From: Tubiluchus corallicola
Lineage: Eukaryota > Animalia > Priapulida
Direction of reading: 5' to 3'
Assembly: GCA_030141605.1 (NCBI GenBank)
Contig: JAQGDQ010000409.1
Coordinates: 1 to 60,773 of the forward strand
Length of the DNA stretch: 60,773 bases
In this document: positions 11,401 through 26,206 of the stretch, piece by piece
Position numbering within the stretch: the stretch's first letter is position 1
How the letters are laid out: each line of letters begins with the position of its first letter
Translations under genes and position numbers: made by a program
Notes under the pieces: generated by a model
The model's input: only the letters and a program-made list of their open reading frames with translations
What the model was told of the DNA's origin: nothing
Databases searched by the model: none

Positions 11401-14400
11401 ATCAATTACCTAAATTACATCATTATCTGTGAGTGCGCAGCATCAGTGTACAGCGAGCAGCATGGTTTCCACACTAATTAAATGCTATTGCCAGCAACAG
11501 ATATTTTTCTCCCATTAATTAACTTCAATTAGCCATTATACGTAAATGTTGAATAAACTACAGGTAATCCATCGACTTGCGACCTCTGTATATCTTACGA
11601 CTTTTTGACTTTGTGATCAGCTTATGACTGTTCGACTTTACGAGCCGACTATAACTTAATTAATTAATTATACAAAACTTATAACAACTCTTATTTCCTT
11701 TTTTAAGCAAATTAATTTTAATTCGCTGTCTGTTGCACAAATTCACCCACGCGATCACCATAGTTATTATACGTACACAACATCTTACATGTAGGGCACC
11801 ACACGAACATACGTTTAACTCGAGGCCAAGCCATTTTACGACCAATCAGCCAGAAACAAGCCTTTTCACAGTTTCTTTGTTCGCACGCACAGTTGCTGTA
11901 GGTCAAAGGTTAAGTGTACCACAGCAATGCGTCTTAACCACAACCGTCACGTGACAGAGTGTGGGTAAAGCAAAGCTGTCTGCAGTATCAGTTCAGTAGC
12001 TCCAGTTGTTTTACATGGCCTTTACTTAATTATTCATTAGTCTGTGCGTAGAGTGATTTACTAGCAGGATCTTGCTTGGAAACAAGAAAAAATGAACTAG
12101 GTAAGGTTCTAGCTAGTTGTTAAAACTGTTACTATTACAACAGCATGGGCTGCAAGGCGTTGTCAAGTGTACACAAATGAGTTGTCTGGTACACTTAACC
12201 TTTGACCTTTACACGATCATCATCAATCACTGGAACTATGAAAAGGTTTGCTGGCATCACACGTTTTAATATGTAATAGTTCCACAAAGAGGTTCTAAGC
12301 ACAAAGATGCCATTTTATCATGACGTTATTAGCAATTAGCTACATTATAAGAACATTAACAACAACATTCAATGAAACATTATCAGCTTATATCAGTACA
12401 AATGTTTAAAATGGAACATACTTTAAAATGTAGTAATAAACTATATATGCCATGAATACATGCAGCTCATGTTCAATTTCAAAGTACTTTATCTATCTAA
12501 TGCTAAAAAAAAACAACAAACCTTGGTCTTTCAGCGTACCGGGCACTTCGCCTTGGCAATCTTTAGGCACTTTTTCTACGCACTTTGATTTGTTGTGGCA
12601 ATTATATTTGCAATCTGAAAAAAATGCGAAGACATTTAGTACTGACGAAAGCACGTTTAAGCAATAACCATGAGCAGAAACAACGCAATGTTACAAGTAC
12701 ATCCTATTATAAATTAAAATTTTGTTGTATGTATACACAACGTAACCTATATAACCAAAAATTCAATAAGCATTGGTTTTTTTTGATTTTGTAATTCAAC
12801 AAAACAAAACATCTGTTAGAATAGAGTATACAGAATCTCAAGCAGATGCGACTACATAGCCTGTAAATCAACAAATTATATGGACCTTTGACAAAGTCAA
12901 ATCAAATTACTCATTGCATTTCAAGATTTCAATATTATTATTTATATAATAGTGCTAAAGATGATACTCTAGGTAAGTGGTAAAGAACTGATGCGAAGGT
13001 CAGGGATGTTACCGAAAGATGCATCGGTTTGCCGATAATTGCACTTTCGGTTGAGTTTCATTTTCATTGAAAATTACTAAGTTTCATAGCCGAAACTTTC
13101 GAAAGCATTTTCCCCAGGTTTTAGTAGTATTTATCCAGCTTACATTATGCTCCTAGATGTTACAAATCGCTGAAAAATTTTGACTAAAATAGTTCAAACA
13201 AAGCGTAAATATGGTTTATTTAAGACCATTTCTAGCATTTCTTTTTGTACCATTTCTAGAACGTTTTTACGGCAATGTGGTGTAGCTTCAGTGCCGATGG
13301 ACTGTGAAGCTTTAAGGTCTCCAGGCACGATCAACCGAAATATGAAAGCGTAATTTGAATAAAATGCAGAAGCGACAGTTTGTGCAAAGGTAAAGGCGAT
13401 TTGAGGAAGCTATAGTAATGCCAGACAACCCCCTTGTTCTCACTACATTGCAAATCGCAAGCAAGTTTACGAAAGAAAAGAAATCGTGTTTGCTGTCTGA
13501 AAGTATCCTCAAATAAATAAGTTACTATAAAATAATTACTAACTGAGCTAAGCGAAATAATAATAAAAATACTTAATGCTACATCAGAAAGCCGCTTTAC
13601 AATCAATTATGAGTGTTTGTCTGTGTTTGCTGACACCCATTTAGGGTGGTGCGAATGGGGCTGAAACGAGTTTCACACCACAGCCTGTAGGTGGCGACAA
13701 AACATTCGGGTTTTATTCTTTTAAATCTTCAATAAAATGATGTTACTAACAAATACATGAATTTTGAGTTTCACTCAATATGCTAACAGTAGTCAGTGAA
13801 GTTCCTTTAATACAGGAGCAAAACCTCAGGGGCGGATTATGATTTTATGGGCCTTAGGCTTGAGCTTGGAATGGGCCTTTTAAATGTTGCTACACTGCTG
13901 AGCTGACGTGTTTTTGTGGGGCTCTCGTCGTTTGTAAGTTTGTTTAATTTTGCGAGTTTTTGTTTACATATATGTTAGAATGTACTTGTGTATGATGGTT
14001 TCAAACTGCAGTGGGGAACGATCATTCTCTGCTCTGAAAAGGATAAAAACTTATTTACGGTCATCTCTAAAGGATGACAAATTAAACAATTTATCAGTGA
14101 TGCATATTGAGTCAGATATGTTGAAAAAAATGGACTTTTCAGAAATTATAACTGACTTTGTCCCCAGAAAAATTCGGAAACTGAAATTTTGAACTTAAAC
14201 TGAAACTGTGTAAACGTGAATTGTGTAAACTTAAATTGTGTAAACGTGAATTGTGTAAACTTAAATTGTGTAAACTTGATTTGTGTAAACCCGATTTGAA
14301 ATATAGTGACTGACTTTTGAAAAAAAACTTTTTTCTGTATTTTATTTTGGCGGGGCCCTTGCTCTTTTGTCAATTTATTTTTTTTTACAAAAAAAATTTT

Positions 14401-17400
14401 TTTTCGTTTTATTTTGCCGGGCCCCTTTTGATCCCGGGCCTTAGGCTTCAGCCTATTCAGCCTATAGGGCTATCCGCTACAGAATGTGGTTGAACTTTAG
14501 ACTACTCGGGCAGGAGGAAATTTTAAGCTCAATAAAAGTCAGACAGGTAATTGATTCCCGGTTGTTCGGGTTCGAAATTTATAGATGTCGCAATCTCCAG
14601 TCACGGCAAGAAACTTTCCATTAGAATCAAAGTAATTTATAGACAACGAAATTTTAACATGGAACACAAACATGATCTGACTGTCTGAACTAAAGCAAGG
14701 CATGTTTGGAACAGGCGACTCGAAGTTTTTAATGCCACAGTTAGTCCACGTGATGCAACGGCAGCAAAATTCGAGGAGCATGCAACACAGGAAAATGGTT
14801 TTGCATTTGACACTATCTAAAATATCTGCCAGCTGCGTGTTGCCTGGCACTTGGTCGAGCAAACAAATTACTTTCAAAGTGATAAGATTGGAGACTATAG
14901 TAATCAATATTAGCACCTTTACACTGTAACCCTTGCTTGAAGAGTCCCTTTAGCAGCTTTTTGCAGATCATGCACATCGTTGGTTTCTTGTATGTGTGAA
15001 CAACTAAAGTGTGGGGTACCTGAAATAACAGATCATCTCCTTTAATAATTAGTAATGAATTAATTAGTAACTAGCAAAACCCAAAATTTCAACATAGACT
15101 CACAACAACAACCCACACCACACCGTACCACCCACACATCACAATGCACTGCCACCCACCACACCACTCGCAACACACCACCCACACCTCCCACACCATA
15201 CCGCAATACAACACTACACTACACCACCCACACCATACCACAACACCACACAATAGCACACCACCCACAACACACGACATCATACCATTCCTACCACATT
15301 ATCCACATCGCATAACATACACCACACCACACCACCCACAATACTTCACCAACACCACACACACCCTACCACCCCACCACACCATCCATAGCACAACACC
15401 CACATTAATTAGTAATGCACTTGGAGTCCACAAAATAGAAAAATTGTGTATTTTTCGGATGTTTATGACCAAGTTTAAAGCCCGGTTTTAATGATTTATT
15501 TTATTCTTTATGGCAGCTTGTAGACACAGTCTTAAGCCATAAAAGCACAACAAGTACTAAAAAAACTAATTATAAAAGTATAAAATTACAATTTATAGAA
15601 AAAATAAGAAGAGAAATTAGTTAAAATATTTACAAAAATGGCAACTGTTAAAAATACATTAAAATTGCATTCCAATGGGCAAACATTTTGCAGTACATAA
15701 AAACATCACTATTGTAAATTACATGTCGAATAAAAACATCTTTTACAACATCTTTTACATCTATTATACATCTACATCTGTTCTGCCATAGCTGTAGACA
15801 ATGAAAAAGGGAGAATGACACAAGGGCACAAAATAAAACCCACAAAACTGACATACGTTACAATAAGGTAATGTTATTTCTCTAGCAACCAATAATAAAG
15901 CATCAATGTTCCTTAACGAGCAAATTCCTCATTAATCAACTTCACCTTCGGTCGACTGGCCATGTGTTTCTCCATCCACACAGGTCGACATGACCACGAG
16001 GCTGACCTTTCTCTGTCTTTCGAACTGCGGCTGGGACTCGGCAGTAACTGGTTGCCGGCATATGACTAAAATAAATGAAAACGCATTGATATTGCAGCAG
16101 TTCGGCAAAAAGTTTGTGTAAAATACTCGGATAATCAGCTTAATGAAACCAGGTATGTGGACAACATTACAGATGAGGTAACTTCTTAAATCTGCTACAA
16201 CTCAAGACTCAAACATTACTCGTCATTCTTCTAACATGCGACAATACAGTCAAGAGGTCACAGTGGATGCCTTGGAAAAGAAGTTAAGCAAGGCTGAAGT
16301 TGGCCAGTGAATGGTTGGTTGACCAGCAGGTTTATTACTTGCTGTAGGTGGATTAAAGCCCAGTAGGGTTATCTCTATAAGTGTGCTATATTCATATCTA
16401 AGGTGGCCAAGACACCTTAAACCAGTGCAGTGTCTCAGCTTAGGAAAATTAGTCTTAATAATTCATCATTTTAGAACACTAACCAAATGCGTTTCTGCTA
16501 CAACCATCCACATTGAGCAATATTCTATTTTTAGAAACAATTTACCAACTTTGTACCGACAGCATAAATGAACAATTGACCAAATAAAGCGAAAGCTTGT
16601 TTTCAAAAAGCCAAGGAAATAAATCTTTGTTTCCATTCATAGATCTCTATTCTGCACAAAAGCCTCATCCATGAGCAAAGAAGTTGCCTTTGAATTTTCA
16701 CCAGGATTCATGTTACAATTTGATTAAAAGAACAGGAAAATATTGAAAACGTTTGTAATTTTTTAACAAGATCAGGAACCGATCTTTGAAAGTTCCCATG
16801 TCATAATGACAAAGTATCATCTTTGCCTTGTGCCTCATACATAATATATGCATAATTACACTCTTAAGCAAATTGGCTGTATAATGAGCTTAATTATACG
16901 GCCCATTTTTGTAATGGCATAATTTACAATGGGGCATTTCCTACCGTCAAATTGCAAATTCGCGACTGATTTTACGATAAAGTGTTGCAATTTATTTCCT
17001 GCGCAGAAGCACCTAACGGCAACCACAGCTACGAAGCGCTTTTATTAGAATTGTTAAAAATGAGTGGAAACGTTACCACACGGAACGCTGGAAAATTATT
17101 GCAAAAAGCACGAAGCTTTTAAAAATACTGGCGTCACAGGTTTAGCGCCTTTTCGTTAGATTTAGAATGTTCGACAAAAACAAATCTTGCAAAAGTAATA
17201 AAAATACATCCAAGTATTTGCAAAAGTATTTCTAACAAACAAATAATCTTTTACAACCCTGTTTGCATCGTGTGATTAATTCACAAGTATGGTGTCATGA
17301 AACAACTATGAAGAAAGCAGCTGCCTTGTAGACAGCCTTCAAGGGGAGTTTCTGCACTCACTTATAACAAATGATGCTACTTTGCTGATGTATGTGAACG

Positions 17401-20400
17401 CATGTCAATTCTGAACTATCATAAGATGTATGTGAACGCATGTCAATTCTGAACTATCATAAGATGTATGTGAACGCATGTCAATTCTGAACTATCATAA
17501 CTTGCACTATTTCTGGGTAACACACCTGCAGTTTACTTCAGTTCGGTATGTGGCAAACTGGTATTGAACAGTCAACAATTATTTGATATTGTGGCAGAAC
17601 CGTAACCTAGTTAATTATAAAAAAACAATCCTCTAAGATGATGTGCTGAACCGGCCATCTTAGTTATGCTTTGATGTGTACAGTGGAGAATGTTGCCCAG
17701 AAGCTTTTTTCTTAGCATTTACATTGGGTATCCATTTACAAAGCAGGCCCAGCAGTGCTTAACTGTGAATTTGCTAAGTACATACCGTGATCACCATTCA
17801 CTTCGCCTATTACCTATGTAAGCTCACAACTATTTAGTCTAGTTTGTAAATATTTATTATTAAATGTCTATTAACTATTATTTGCTATATTTTTCGAATG
17901 AACAATTCAAAAAATCCTTAATTTAATTGATGTTATTATTTCTTGAAGGAATTGTTTATGTTTAGTAAAAATCCTTGTTCAAATCGAGTCTACACAATAA
18001 ATTGTTCAACTTCAAAATTACTGTTTAATAACTGCCCTGGGGACGACTAGATAGCTTGCTCCTCCGTCCCTTCACAATGTGAACTAATTTGTATCTAAAG
18101 TGAGATCAATTTTGTATATATATGGTTTCCATGCATTGTGAAATAAATATTCTTATCTTATAAAGAAAAAAATCTCCACAGAAATTATAGTGTAAACTAT
18201 AAAAGAATTTAAGTTTGTTTTATTGTAACAAGGCAGCGTTGACCAAACCGTGACGTCAATATAAAGTAATAAGCAACGGCAATATATAAATTGCATTTGA
18301 TTCCATTAACTAAAGCGACTCATGCAATTCCATCATTTATAACCGCAGGCGAGCGACGTCTCCTCTTCACTCCCACGGCGTGAATATTTACGAGTGGATC
18401 GCGCGGCGCTGACACGATGCTTGTGCAATGTGCAATGTTTGACAATTGCATAAGCGAGTGGTCCGTTGTTTTCGCAGACGTCAAATATCAACAAGGAAGA
18501 GGGGATGAAATTACAGAGTTTAAGTATCAATCAAGATTTCGAACTTCGTAAACAGAAAAGGCTTGACAGACTCGCAATGAAACCAAACATTCACTAGCAA
18601 TTATGCAGTTGTAAAAGCACTACAATAGGCCTACTCACTTTCCTGAATAGTGGTGGCTCATAGTTAAAATTAGTGGGAGTGCTGCTTCAAAAAATTTTAG
18701 CCACTGTTTTACTATAGAGTAAAACGAAACAAACATATAAAAAGAAAATTTAGTCAAAAAGAAACACTACCCTACACTTACATAACAGGGTGGGCACTGT
18801 GCGAACGACAGTGCCACCTCTACCTAGCATGCAGCTTCTTATCTCGGACGTGAGGGCGTGGTCACATGCGCAAAACAGACAAACACCGCGTCGCTGGAAG
18901 TGTGATTTTTGTATTTTTTTCATGAACTAGGGATGACTACTGACACTAAGCTAAAGGATAATATAACGTACAAGTGTAAAGAAAGAACTAAAGAAAAAAA
19001 GACTCATATTGAACGTTATTGATAATATCGAGCAAAATAGGGGGTGCTGCAGTTCTGCGGTGCTTATATAGAAGCCGCCACTGTTCCTGTAGGAAATGTT
19101 ACAGACTAAATGGTTATGACCTCGTACATTTATCAAGAACTTAAAAAACACATTTACCATATCTGTCTACCCCCCCCCTCCCTCCCATTACACACCCTTT
19201 TTCAAAACATCCTAGCCAAGTATTTGTGAATATAACAAAGTTCAACACATTATTAAGCTTTCTTAACTTGGTCCAATAACTTAAAATTGTGAAGACAGAA
19301 TGCATAACAAAGTATGTGAAGAAACTTGCAGTGAATTGAATTCATTTTGTAACCATCCCCAGTTCTTGACCTGCCAACACCAGAAGACTGGAAAACTTTA
19401 TGAGCAAAGTGAGATAAATAAATAGCAAAGCTGAAATGTGTACGTTTGTTATTAGGCACGTGGAAAGATTCTCCAGCTGGGAATCATCCGTAGATGTCTT
19501 GGCTTCGAGAGATTTGGAAGGCGTGTACGACGATCGCCGTTTGGCGGCAGTGCAGTTGTTCGGAATCTTGTAGGCACAACGCTTGTGAAAATTCAAACCA
19601 CAATCTGCAAAAAGCAAATATTTATATATTTTTTCGTAATGGCACCGTAGATTAACTAAATTTACAAAAAAAGTGAGTCAACTTCTAATGTGCCTCGAAT
19701 GCCCTCTATATGCTGTAAGTAGGGAGCAACTCATACAGGTTATCCAGTTTGTACTTAAATAATATTATTCCACTTGACATTATTCTTTTGGATACTGAAT
19801 CTTAAACGGTAGTAAACCATGACCAAAATATAATTATATTTGATACTGTTCAAACATATATAAAAAATACTCGTTGACTCGCCTATTAGTGTGGTTCATT
19901 TTATGCCTTTTGCTTATTAGTACGTAGCATTGTACTAATGCATGTATGTATTAATCTATTTCTATGAATTTCATCTTCAATAGTTACACAACCTGTATAC
20001 CATTTCTTCTTCCTGAGGCCTCTTTATCAGTGGTCACTGTGGCCAAAGGTTTATTCTTGTTTGTCCATTTGACAATAATAAAAATATGGTTATATAAAAA
20101 ATGTACATCTTCATATCAGTCTAAACTCCAAGGACCCGAGCCCTAGAGGGCAAAGTATGCACACGTGTCTATTCAGCTATATACCCTGCCGCACATCTGA
20201 AAAGAGAGTTGGCTTTGCTGGGAAAGGTATATTATACAATATAAATTTGACTTGAACAGCAAAAAATTTAATAACTGTTAAAAATAATTTCTCATTTACA
20301 GCTATTTAACAACAAGTTCATTTTACAGCAACATGCACTGACTTTTTGCATGCACTCATCCCACACACAACCTATTTTAAACATAAGAACAGTGGATAGA

Positions 20401-23400
20401 ACTAATATACTTTTAAGAACTCATTCCATTAACAGATTTAGCAAAAAATGCCAAACATGCAACTTTTATAACCTATAAAACTGATACATTAAGTCAAGCA
20501 CGTTTTACAATAATGTGCACAAATTGAAATTTGTAACACACTCATTGCAACATTATTTCCCATGATGCTGAAGGCGCCATTTCGCCCTTAATATTCTCCA
20601 TAATACACTACTAATTAAGATTGCACGACAGCAGCAATTTACCCATTAACGTAGTCATTATGCGGGTAATTAACTCTACACGTAACCTTACCTTGGCATT
20701 TAAGACCTTGTTTCACCAAACCGAACAACATTTCACCACAAAAATCACAGAACGCAGGCGTCTTGTACGAGTTCACGTACAAAACGTGCGGTCGAATTTG
20801 TATGTCATTCATTATTGTCTTTGCTGCAATAAAAAAGGAGAAATTATAGTAACAAAGTCAACACATTTATTAGTATGCATAAACTCCTTTGTTACTATTA
20901 ACCGAGTTAGCTCAGAAAACATACAAGCTATATAGAACGGGACCTAAAACACCCCCCCCCCCCCCTGTGAAACACATTAGCAATCAGCATGTCAGACTGC
21001 AAAATTACTGACAGGATATGATGATTTTTAGAAAGCAGCCATCAGAGACCTCTGCTGGGGATTAGTATGCATAAACTCCTTTGGTGTTATTAACCCAGCT
21101 AGCTCAAAAAAATATACCAGCCATATAGAACCGGACCTAAACCTCCCCCCTGTGAAATACATTAGCAATCAGCATGTCAGACTGTGAAATTACTCACAGG
21201 ATATGATGATTTCTATAAGGCAGCCATCAGAGACTTCTGCTGGTGAGCGAATGAGTTCCAGAATGTTAGCGTTCGACGTCGAATGTTTAAAAAACAGCAA
21301 AGATTCGTAAAAGTTCAGGTAGGCGAACTCCGGATACTGCAAAGCAAACAAAAACAAATTAATGTCACACATCTAATATGCTGCAGCTCACAATGTCACA
21401 TGTTTTAAGCATGAATAAACATAATTAATATATAACACAAATACATAGGAAATATCCATGTTTCACAGCGATCTAGATCAATACTGGCAGAAGAATTGCA
21501 CGCTTCATATAGTATTGATTTCCACAATAACAAAGGCAATAAGAATCACCAGGAGAAAGTCAGTGGACAAAATGCACATAAATTTATATCTCGAGTTCTA
21601 ATAATAGCAGTAAACAAAACAATGAGACCCCGCCGCTTACAATTGAGCCCAAAAGCCAGTAGGTTCTTTCCGACTGTGTACAATTCTCCTAACAATATGC
21701 ATCAAGGACCATTCCATGCAATCCACAACATTCAAAATATAAATCTGTTTCATGTGTGGAAAAATGTGTGTACACTCATACCTCGGTTTATCGGACCTCG
21801 CTTTTATGGATATCGGAAAAATCGGACAAAATCTGGACCGCTAAAAGTCCCACATACTACGGACACAGTCCGTTGTTACGCGAGCTGACCGCTAGTTGGC
21901 GGGCCTTCACTTTGTTTACATCATTACATCAGTGCAACAACTACAGGTGTTTACATCATTACATCAGTGCAACAACGACTGGTGTGTAGTTTGTATGTCA
22001 AAGAGGCCCGTACCAAACTTTTTTCAGACAATTAGGCAAATGATCCTACATTACCATGAGTCTACTACATGACACCTACTGTATTGGCTTAGTAGCGGTA
22101 AATACGAACAATCAGCAAATTGATTTCTGATGCGATATACAATTTAAAATCAAAATATTTTTGTTCAAAATGTTCACGTCTCAATATCTTATAGATATCT
22201 AATAGAATTTCACTTCTATTAATCAACTCTGTTGGGACTTCCGTACCTCTTCAGCGACTTTAGATGGACGCCATTAGATGCTGATGAAGATAGTTGAATT
22301 GAAGAAAATGCTAAAAAGCATTGACGACAGTCTGACAGGCTGAGCACTACAAATTTTGCATGAACGCTTTTTATGATTCGGGGATGGCATACACGTCTGT
22401 CTATCATAAACTTCTCTATTACATTGAACACGGGTAATTCACTTTGTTAAAACAAGAAACGGCTTCGCATTCAGGAACAAAATAGTAAAACAAACTCTTA
22501 AAATTGATTAGTTCTGTTATTTGCATCCTGAGAGAAAATACTGCCAAGTTTCTCTTCCTAGCTGCATCACGTAGACAAACAATCTAAAGTCTTCAAACAT
22601 TTATACAATGGCTTCCTCTTTGGTCATCCCTTCATATTAAGCAGATGAAAAAGCCATAGGCTTGGCAATAATAACATGCTATTGCTTACACGTCGCTTTG
22701 ACTTAGGCTAACTAAGTGCCAAATGTCAAGAGATGATACTTAATTTTAAAATTGTAGGTTCCAGAGACGATACTTAATTTTAAAATTGTAGGTTCCAGAG
22801 ACGATACTTAATTTTAAAATTGTAGGTTCCAGAGATGATACTTAATTTTAAAATTGTAGGTCCAAGAGATGACACTTAATTTTAAAATTGTAGGTCCCAG
22901 AGATGACACTTAATTTCAAAATTGTGGGTCCCAGAGATGACACTTAATTTTAAAATTGTAGGTCCAAGAGATGATACTTAATTTTAAAATTGTAGGTCCC
23001 AGAGATGACACTTAATTTTAAAATTGTAGGTCCCAGAGATGACACTTAATTTTAAAATTGTAGGTCCAAGAGATGACACTTAATTTTAAAATTGTAGGTC
23101 CAAGAGATGATACTTAATTTTAAAATTGTAGGTCCCAGAGATGACACTTAATTTTAAAATTGTAGGTCCCAGAGATGACACTTAATTTTAAAATTGTAGG
23201 TCCAAGAGATGACACTTAATTTTAAAATTGTAGGTCCCAGAGATGACACTTAATTTTAAAATTGTAGGTCCCAGAGATGACACTTAATTTTAAAATTGTA
23301 GGTCCAAGAGATGACACTTAATTTTAAAATTATAGGTCCAAGAGATGATACTTAAATTTTAAAATTGTAGGTCCAAAACATGATACTTAAATTTTAAAAT

Positions 23401-26166
23401 TGTAGGTAAAAAGCATAAATACTTAAATGTCCAAAAAACCACTAGACAAATATTTATAAAAGGAAGTAAACAAACAGTGGCGATGAGGCCAGGGGCGTGT
23501 TAACCAATAAACTAACTAGGCTATAGCCTAGGGCGGCAAAGTTTGAGGGGCGCCACATTTTAAGCATCCAAATTTAAAAAAAAACTCTTATTCTCCTCAG
23601 AAAATGTGTATCCATTCATAGGCATTGTACACACAGGCAGTTGCTGAGACCAGCTGCTATATAAATGCCATATAACGAACAAATACAAGGTATACACAAC
23701 AAGCACTTGTCCAGACTGCATGTATGTAAGCGCTGTTCATATACACGTAATTAACAATGGCCTTGTAAAAAACTAGGTTAACAGCATTACTAATACACCA
23801 CAAGTAATTGTTTAATCTTTTCAGTACATAATCATAAATTCACAATACAGATGGGTGGGACAGACCTATAAGCCTAGGGCGTCGTGAAGTTTTGAGAATC
23901 AATTTCTATAATTGCTAAACAAATAGACAGCGAGGAAGCAAGACGGATAGATAGATGCTGAAATAATTTTTCATGCAAAAAGAATTTTGTAAATAAGAAT
24001 ACATACAATGAGTATGTTTTTCTCATAAAGCATTGGCAAAGCACAGTGACAAAAAACCATTTCAGCAAAGAACAGAAACATTCCGCGTTTCTCTGCAAGT
24101 TGTCTGCGTACCAGGCACCCAAAGCCATGACACAAGTAATGTCAATCTAATTACAGAAGTTGCACCACATAAATAGCTTAGTGGAACATTTTAGGTGCTT
24201 TATTAATTCAATCACCATCCAAACACATCATCCAGTCATCGTCATAATCAAAAATGCGAACAGTAAAAAAATCACCAAGAAAAAGATTAGTAACAAATTG
24301 TCAACACGGCTAACAAGAAACTTAAAATATAGAAGATTTCCTGTCAATAGAAAATTCAAGGTGCCTGAAGGATAATTCAACTTTATGTGTGTTTGGCTGT
24401 AAACTGCAAAATGAAATTGTTTGGAAACAGATTCGTTTACAACACAACAAGCAATGGGAAATATTGTACAAGAGTATTTAACGATATTTTTAAGAAAAGC
24501 AGGTTTGGAAAAATTGCAGGCAACTGTTCCAAATGCTATGGCAATGTCACTGATCAACATTCTATAAGAACGTCAGAGTTTATTTTCAAAGAATGGCAAC
24601 TCATTTTCAAGTTCTGAGAAAGTTAATTTGGGATTACATCCTATGTCTCGCGGAACGTCGGTTTCGGTCATCCATGAGGACCTTCATTCCACAAACTTAA
24701 TGATGCTCTTGCAAAGAAACATTTACTTCTGTTTTCAGCTGATCTGCCAATCTCACCACCCACACCCGATTCCTCCAAGGAAGCTTTTCAGTATTTGTGG
24801 CTGGCAGCTTCGGGTCTCCACGTGGTCTTCTTTCACCCCGATGCCCCCATCTTTGCTTCCACCACTGAAATTTTGTGTTCACTTCGTCCATAATCTCGTT
24901 ACCCACATATCATGCAACCCACGAAGGGCACAAACTGACTTGCTTTTTTGGGGTGCTCATATTCTAGTCTCCAAGTAATTCTCTTGTTGTTTAGTTATTG
25001 TCGAGCTGGTGCTAGTGGCCATGAAATATGTCACCTCTTTCCCAACCTCACTGCCCACATATAATGCAACCCTTGAAAGTGTCTTGTTATTGAGTCTGTC
25101 TCCATACGAACACTCATTAACGTTTCTAATGGCACTGCAGGACTCATTATGACTTTAACAAGCATTCATCCCCAGCAATCCAGTCGTATACTTAACAGAA
25201 GCTAGAGAAATATTGTATTACAGGCTCGTTAGCGTCTATGTTTTCTGGCCATTAGTCAGCAGATGAATTTCAGGTTTGATTAATTGCATCAGTCCTCCAG
25301 GGTAACCGATCTACGAGTTGTTCATTTAACGAGATGGCATATAGGCAAAGTTTAACTCACCAATGTAACTGATGTCAGCCACTTGAAAGTATCTGACGAT
25401 TTAGAATTTGAGATGTAGGATTTAAAGAAAAACTGTTTGCAGGTTTGTATCTTATTGCATTGGCCTCTTTTTGGCTTTATGTGCTCATACACTTCCTCCG
25501 ATACTCATTACATGTACTTGGTGTAAATAGACAATATGACATGGCCGACAAGGTTTCTTGAAAATTTGCTCAATGTCTCATATTTTTATTGTCATGGTGT
25601 GATGAGAGTTGCATTTGATGGAGATGACTGTGTTCAATAGATTACTGAACACTTTATGATCATAATCACAGCTTTAGTTCTCACTCCATTTCATCCTTCA
25701 TTCACTACACCTCCCACATCAATGTATTTATTATCATTATCTTACTTATTAATCCTTTTCTAAGATTTCCACGTACAGTTTGGCCTGTTAAGCTATGTTT
25801 TTAGGCTCAAACTGTATGCATGAAAATTAATGTGTATTGTAATTTGCACAATACTAGCTACTACAGACTCTTTATTTGTATTACCTGGACTATATTGTAT
25901 CTGTATTTGTATTTACTTTACTGGATGATTATCTGTATCTTAGAATGTTATTGTAAGACGCAACATGGAAATGAATAAATTCTTGAAACTCTTGATTTCC
26001 TTATTTTCCGAACATCAGCTAAGAGAGGCAATGAACTCGTCTTTCTAAATGAGAGAAACAACAAACATTCTCTGGAGCATACCACAAAAATCTATTTGAT
26101 CAGCTCACTGTTCTCAGTATGTTCATGTACTGCCTGCAAAATGAGGTATTTTTTAAATAAAAGAGT

Positions 26167-26206
<40 letters not shown>

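Noticed and set aside
15089-15491. His/Thr/Pro-rich and Val/Cys/Trp-rich ORFs
   Set aside because: Translation of a CA-rich low-complexity tract.
19330-19387. Extra PKD mini-exon [19 protein letters not shown] with GC donor
   Set aside because: 58 nt would shift the frame before exon 5, and I found no compensating exon; exon 4 to exon 5 is already in frame.
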